DNA of 16,246 bases, from assembly GCA_038108555.1 (NCBI GenBank), contig JAYNIA010000004.1:115663-131908 (forward strand). The letters run 5' to 3'. A program made the translations under genes and the position numbers. The notes under the pieces were generated by a model. The model did not search any database. It had not been told where the DNA came from and worked only from the letters and a program-made list of their open reading frames with translations. The DNA comes from Nitrospinota bacterium (GTDB lineage: Bacteria > Nitrospinota > Nitrospinia > Nitrospinales > VA-1). This document shows positions 15,559 to 16,246 of this stretch, piece after piece. Numbering within the stretch: position 1 is the stretch's first letter; each line of letters begins with the position of its first letter.

Positions 15559-16246
15559 AACATACGAGCTCACACGCATTATCCCCAAGCAACATTGGTT
15601 GCTGTTGGCGGCCGTTACTCTTGTTTTAACCGCTATGCTGACACTAGGGTGGGAGCTCTATGTCCGAAGCCTGGGATATGCACCTGTGCTCAATGACACC
15701 GAAGATTTATGGGCGAGTCGAAGGTCAATTGTTGATGAGGAACCGAATCGTACCGTTTTGATAGGCTCCTCCAGAATGCTGTTTGATTTTGATATGGATG
15801 TTTATGAAAAAGAGTTTGGGGATCGACCACTACAACTTGCCACTGTGGGAACCAATCCGGGACCTTACCTTGAAGACCTTGCCAATCATCCTGACTATTC
15901 GGGAACGGTTATTGTAGGTGTGGTGCCGGGACTTTTTTTCGCCCCGGGAGGTCCCCCCATGAAAAGTCCCATGAACCACTTGAAACGTTTCAGGGAATGG
16001 AGTCCGACTCAAAAATTCAGCCATCAGGTATCCAAAATAATAGAGAAGTGGTTTGCATTTTTAAACAATGATGATTTAACCCTGAACCAGTTATTTCTCG
16101 ATCTAAAAATTCCAAACCGGGAAAAAGTAAAAGGCAAACCCGAGCTACCTCCCTATTTTCACGAAGTCGATGACGAAAGACAGGGAGGTATGACAGTTTT
16201 TGCAGCAAATAACATTTCGCTGCAAAAACGAATCCAACAAATCTGG
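15533..16246 (+). CDS. Membrane-anchored SGNH/DltD/AlgJ-like partner of the MBOAT, 5' part (runs off the window edge)
   Basis: Not in the ORF track. ATG 15533 with SD GGAGGGG, 238 open codons: MPSSTSSFKTYELTRIIPKQHWLLLAAVTLVLTAMLTLGWELYVRSLGY...TVLIGSSRMLFDFD...QLATVGTNPGPYLEDLA...VIVGVVPGLFF. One N-terminal TM helix and a GSS motif at 15764. Confidence 0.8.
   Translation, partial: MPSSTSSFKTYELTRIIPKQHWLLLAAVTLVLTAMLTLGWELYVRSLGYAPVLNDTEDLWASRRSIVDEEPNRTVLIGSSRMLFDFDMDVYEKEFGDRPLQLATVGTNPGPYLEDLANHPDYSGTVIVGVVPGLFFAPGGPPMKSPMNHLKRFREWSPTQKFSHQVSKIIEKWFAFLNNDDLTLNQLFLDLKIPNREKVKGKPELPPYFHEVDDERQGGMTVFAANNISLQKRIQQIW

Noticed and set aside
978..16208. The many short alternative-frame and antisense ORFs in the track (e.g. 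1951-2232, 8239-8634, 9172-9645, 10364-10840, 14690-15187, 15162-15542)
   Set aside because: All lie largely or wholly within well-supported genes and show no recognisable motifs; treated as shadow ORFs.
1..16246. Taxonomic assignment (gene style loosely suggested Nitrospinota)
   Set aside because: An impression only; no marker gene or search supports it.

Overview
Gene-dense bacterial window, roughly 40-45% GC by eye, with no rRNA, tRNA, CRISPR array or transposase visible. Left arm: the 5' end of an ion-channel gene, a TrmB protein fused to about 7 TPR-like repeats, a 53-aa lipoprotein missed by the ORF track, and a HupE/UreJ transporter. Centre (minus strand, 2950-10930): a co-oriented run encoding a divergent PurM, a stand-alone truncated-condensation/adenylation enzyme, an AmmeMemoRadiSam-type radical SAM enzyme without its usual partners, a PLP Cys/Met-metabolism enzyme, a carrier protein and a divergent 573-aa MBOAT. 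I infer a Dlt-like system (activate, carry, transfer across the membrane) with its own substrate-tailoring enzymes; it is the best candidate for an undescribed system here. Two of its genes have odd starts (an in-frame TAG at codon 8; an ATA start overlapping the upstream stop), and it ends against a YyaL-like gene remnant. Right arm: an ArsR-SRPBCC pair with a tandem operator and probable leaderless mRNA, a CBS protein, a sodium:solute symporter with a small membrane partner, and an AlgI-like MBOAT with an overlapping SGNH/DltD-like partner. All family calls come from motif recognition by eye; no searches were run.
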